A stretch of 64,000 nucleotides of DNA from Candidatus Latescibacterota bacterium (GTDB lineage: Bacteria; Latescibacterota; UBA2968; UBA8231). The translations under genes and the position numbers were made by a program. The DNA lies in NCBI GenBank assembly GCA_965248265.1, contig CBDFJF010000001.1, forward strand, positions 1,920,001 through 1,984,000, in the 5' to 3' direction. This document shows, piece after piece, positions 60,351 through 64,000 of the stretch. Every line of letters begins with the position of its first letter. The stretch's first letter is position 1. Below the pieces are notes generated by a model, which had not been told where the DNA came from, did not search any database, and worked only from the letters and a program-made list of their open reading frames with translations.

Positions 60351-60661
60351 TCAAGCGCTGCCTGAGCTCAATTGAGCGTACCTGCTTGTGAGACTGCGGC
60401 CTTCAGCTGGGTTGCATATCGTCTGGGAAGCCGAGAGCGACAACGCTCGGAGCCCGTCGAAGACTAACTGGGCGACAGAATACTTGATAATACCAGGCTT
60501 TCCTTTCCGTGAAGCTATCATGGTCTTCGTGGTAGCGGCCAGGCCAAATGCGAGCGACGCCTCGACTGGCAATGAGGGTCGTCCACGTTCGCCGCGTAGA
60601 TACCGCCACAACTCCGCACCGTCCCCATGCCATTGGAAATTGGAAGGACAAAGCTGATCAC
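60351..60661 (-). pseudogene. Collapsed GT2 glycosyltransferase relic
   Basis: GTG 60661 (GTGA overlap) starts MISFVLPISNGMGTVRSC, a GT2-like N-terminus. A different frame supplies a tail ending at 60351, just before the next ATG. Confidence 0.55.
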
Positions 60662-61854
60662 GACTCGCAGTCAGTCCCATCCTCGCTTGCGGCCAGCACA
60701 TCCCTGTACAATTGGACGTATCTCTGTGAAACTCGGCCTATGCAGAAATCTCGTAATACTCGCTCACGCGCAGCCTTAGTTACGCTCGTATCCTTACCCA
60801 CTAGAACCCTTACGACGGTCTCGGCAACACATGAAGGTGTCGCTTCACGCAACTCGTAACCTGTGCTCTCGTCGCGAACCAATCCGTCTGTGACTCCTCT
60901 GATCGGCCTTACTACGCATGGCAGTTCGCATGCCATGGCCTCTATCAATGCATTGGGAAGCCCTTCCCTCTCTGAGAGAAAGACATACACGTCGGCAATC
61001 TGGAGATACTCAACTACGTTCTGCACGTGCCCAGTAAGGACCACTGAAGCATTGAGCTTCCTATCAAGCAAGAATTCCCGAATTCCCTCTGCGCATTGCG
61101 GATCCTCAGTGCAGCTGCCTACAAGGACTAGGAAGGCGCCAGGCACCTCCTTCTCAATCTGCGGCCATGCCTCGACTATCAAGCCGACACCTTTCGCGGG
61201 TCGAATTATTCCCGTATAGAGTACGATATGTGCTGTTGGTGGCAGACCCAGTTTCAATCGTTTCCCTGTGCGGTCCACTCCTGACTCCAATTTCCGAAAC
61301 GCTGTCGTATCAACACCATTTGGTATATAGTGAAATCTCCTTGTTGGAAGACCGGACTGGCGGTAGGATTCCGTCAGCAAGGGAGATACACTTATTACCG
61401 CGTTTGCCAGTCTAAACAGGCTGACCTTCAGCCAGCCGAGTCGCTCACGCATCAACGCAATGGGATCGTCTTGGCCATGACCAGTCATTTTTAGTACTAC
61501 ACGTTTCTTTAATAGCCGTGCGAGTAAGACAGAAGGAAGCGCCCAGATGTTCACACCATGTACGTGTAGAATATCATAGCTATCACGGGCCCTTAGGAGC
61601 GTGGCCAACACCCTTAACCCCCAGCCGTATGGCCACAACCTCCCCTTTGCTTTAGTCGGGACACGTGTGACTGTGATTCCTTTAACGTGCTCGACCCGTT
61701 TAGCCTTCTCTCCAATACCAGCACCGACGATTACGACGCAGGTGCCGGACGCAGAAAGACTCTTGGACAAACAGAGCGCCTGTGTGCCGGCCCCTGATGG
61801 TGTGGGCGGCAGCCGGACAGCCAACATCATTATTCGTGGATCGGGTTGCGTCAC
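60658..61854 (-). CDS. GT4 glycosyltransferase
   Basis: YIPNGVD, AKG, SEREGLPNALIEAMA. Confidence 0.92.
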   Translation of the reverse strand: MTQPDPRIMMLAVRLPPTPSGAGTQALCLSKSLSASGTCVVIVGAGIGEKAKRVEHVKGITVTRVPTKAKGRLWPYGWGLRVLATLLRARDSYDILHVHGVNIWALPSVLLARLLKKRVVLKMTGHGQDDPIALMRERLGWLKVSLFRLANAVISVSPLLTESYRQSGLPTRRFHYIPNGVDTTAFRKLESGVDRTGKRLKLGLPPTAHIVLYTGIIRPAKGVGLIVEAWPQIEKEVPGAFLVLVGSCTEDPQCAEGIREFLLDRKLNASVVLTGHVQNVVEYLQIADVYVFLSEREGLPNALIEAMACELPCVVRPIRGVTDGLVRDESTGYELREATPSCVAETVVRVLVGKDTSVTKAARERVLRDFCIGRVSQRYVQLYRDVLAASEDGTDCES

Positions 61855-62029
61855 TGCCTTGACCTGCTAGCAAGCTGTGGCAAGAGCCGGTGACTTTCCT
61901 GCGGCGATGATGAAGTGCTTCTCCTTACCTATGAGCTTTCAACGAGATGCATTGATGGGGCGGGGAAACGGAACCGCGAGAGCTAGCAGCTGTGGGTGGC
62001 ACGCGTGACCAACCTTACAGAACCCCACT

Positions 62030-63248
62030 TTACTGGTGGATGTTGGAGGTTGACAGATCTTGCGCCTGAGGCTTTGTGCCATGTGCAGGAAGAACAGAGG
62101 CGAGCTCTTCGGCGACGATATGTGCCAGCACCGTCGCCCCGGCATTCGTCAGATGTAAGACGTCGTACATCAACTCTGGATCCTTTGGGACCCTACGATC
62201 GAGGTCTATCAGCAGGACGCCTTTCTTCAGTCGCTACCTGGCGCACGGCTTGATTGAACTGATCGTATTGCCTCTTGAACTCGCCATACCCAAGGCCGAT
62301 TTCCTCGCTTCGCTGTCTTACCGCCATCCATGCCAGAGAGCTGTCCCTGTCACCCTCGTCCCCGAGGCGGTTGGACTGTGTCATCAGTACCGGAATACAG
62401 CCCCAGATGCGCGCAATGGCCACAAATGTCCGCAGGCTCTTGCGGAACTGCGTATCTGTGAGGGCGACCTTCCCGGAGGTCGGTACCGGCGCGAATGGCG
62501 CATTGTCATGCCAGGCCGTAGTCAATTGCTGGCCGAATAGGCGCTTCACAGTGAAGTAAATCTTGGGTATCGTAGCGTTGCGTATGCTTTTGGCAAAGAG
62601 TGCCAGCTGTGTCAAGGGTGGCTGATTGACAGGTCGGGATATGACAATGCTCCGCTCGGAATCGCGATTCCAATAGCTTCTGTGATGCAGTAGGTGCGCA
62701 AAATCGTTTATGTTGTGCATCAGGACCACGAAGTCAGGCTCGAGCGGTATGACCTTGGACAACAGCACAGTAATGCTATGGAGCGAGTGACTTCCTCCCT
62801 TGCCGCCATTGATAGCGTTTATCCTGAGCCCTGTTTGCTGCTCGATGAGTCTGCCAACCTGATACGGCCACCGCTTTGTTTCATCGTTGTATACACATTC
62901 GGTGGTAGATCCACCAAGGAAGATGATGGTCAGATCCGGCGCATCGTGTATGCGACTCGGCATCATGAAACCAGCATCGTCGGTCCTGACACTGTACTCG
63001 CGACGAACCAGACCGTCGGAGCCGCTGAGTTGCTCCTCGGAGGGCACCGCAATCCACACGAGATCGGGGGGCAGCTCACGCAATCGGACATGTCTCTCGA
63101 CCTTGGCAATGGTCGTGAAGGGCGAAGCAGAATCGGGCAGGAGGAACTCGGTCACACCAGCTATTGAGCTGGTCAGCAGCACCAGAACAGCACCGAGTGT
63201 CAGCCTCGGATGTCTCTCAAAGACAGATCTGTATTCAGCCACCGTCAT
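62030..63248 (-). CDS. SGNH/GDSL hydrolase family protein, one frameshift near 62223
   Basis: FLGGSTTEC, NGG, HNIND. The shifted frame continues GVLLIDLDRRVPKDPELMYDVLHLTNAG (catalytic DxxH) to a stop at 62030. Confidence 0.8.
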
Positions 63249-64000
63249 CTCGCGGTCAACTCGCTCTTGCTGTGTAGTCTGATCTCGTACACCTGTTCAG
63301 GGCAGAATACGTCACTGTGACTAAGGGTCGGCCAATCCGGTGGCAACAGCACGGCGCATGTCGTGCCGTTGACATGGTAGAGGCGATGCCACAATCCCTC
63401 TGGTACGCCTTCGAGGATTCCAGTGAACACCGGCTCGTTTACCATCCATCCACCCAGTGAGTAATCGTGCCACACTACGGCAGAGTGCTGGGCGCACACC
63501 GATAGTGCGTTGCGGGTGTCGCTCAGGACAGCGCCGAATGTGTGGTCGGCATCGATGAAGACGAGGTTGAATCTTCGTTCCAACTGGCTGAAATCGAGCT
63601 CGAGAGAATTCGCGTAGACTACTTCGAGATTCGCGATGTCATTGGCAAACATCAGATTGGCATCGACCAGACTCTCTCGATATCCGAAATCCGCCATCTG
63701 CACTTTCGAGAACGTGATCGATGTCACTGATGAGGCGAATGGACTGACACTTGCCAGCACTTCGCCGCGAAGAGAGCCGATCTCCAGGAAATGACATCCC
63801 TCAAACCGAGCCGCTAATCCCTGAAGGAGAACGTGCTCCAACGGATGTGCACTCCAAGGCGCAAATGAATAGTGCGACAGGCCAAACGGACCACTTCCTG
63901 CCAGGTCGGCGAGTGTGATCAACGGCAGTTGATCGGACCCGAAGCGCGTCGTCAGATGCTTGTGTCTGGGTACCATCCTGCGGTCAATGGCGAGCACGCC
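63245..64000 (-). CDS. Class I SAM methyltransferase (Methyltransf_24-like), probably 5'-partial
   Basis: FLEIGSLRG, FNLVFIDADH, VVWHDY; the frame is open to the window edge. Confidence 0.8.
   Translation of the reverse strand, partial: GVLAIDRRMVPRHKHLTTRFGSDQLPLITLADLAGSGPFGLSHYSFAPWSAHPLEHVLLQGLAARFEGCHFLEIGSLRGEVLASVSPFASSVTSITFSKVQMADFGYRESLVDANLMFANDIANLEVVYANSLELDFSQLERRFNLVFIDADHTFGAVLSDTRNALSVCAQHSAVVWHDYSLGGWMVNEPVFTGILEGVPEGLWHRLYHVNGTTCAVLLPPDWPTLSHSDVFCPEQVYEIRLHSKSELTAR

Noticed and set aside
61855-62029. Further gene relics here, at 18521-18646 and at 30773-30881
   Set aside because: The short peptides look vaguely like gene ends but no family could be assigned with confidence.

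Overview
Bacterial DNA of moderately high but patchy GC. The secreted proteins with cohesin/dockerin domains and a C-terminal FlgD-Ig/'YPNPFNP' sorting domain suggest an FCB-adjacent lineage such as Latescibacterota (inference). The window has three parts. (1) 1-4078: a decayed island at the 3' end of a minus-strand tRNA-Met(CAT), with the end of a WecB/TagA glycosyltransferase, an AT-rich methyltransferase, a secreted transglutaminase-like protein and a broken tyrosine integrase. (2) 4399-9041: a two-gene secreted module (LTD-cohesin-dockerin protein plus an EEP-family nuclease) behind a sigma54-like promoter. (3) 9156-64000: a very large surface-polysaccharide/glycosylation locus, almost entirely on the minus strand. 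It encodes a priming transferase, GT4/GT2/GT-C transferases, Bordetella WbmF/WbmH-like SDRs, a WbpI-like 2-epimerase, two asparagine-synthase-type amidotransferases, many SAM methyltransferases, SGNH proteins, a heparinase II/III protein, CapD, CapK, a fatty acid desaturase and an embedded VapBC pair. The most unusual feature is that the gaps between intact genes are filled with collapsed gene relics. These often keep their start and/or stop overlap with the neighbouring genes, and most duplicate a family that has an intact copy elsewhere in the locus. Several single-base frameshifts could be sequencing errors. All family assignments come from motif recognition by eye; no searches were run.
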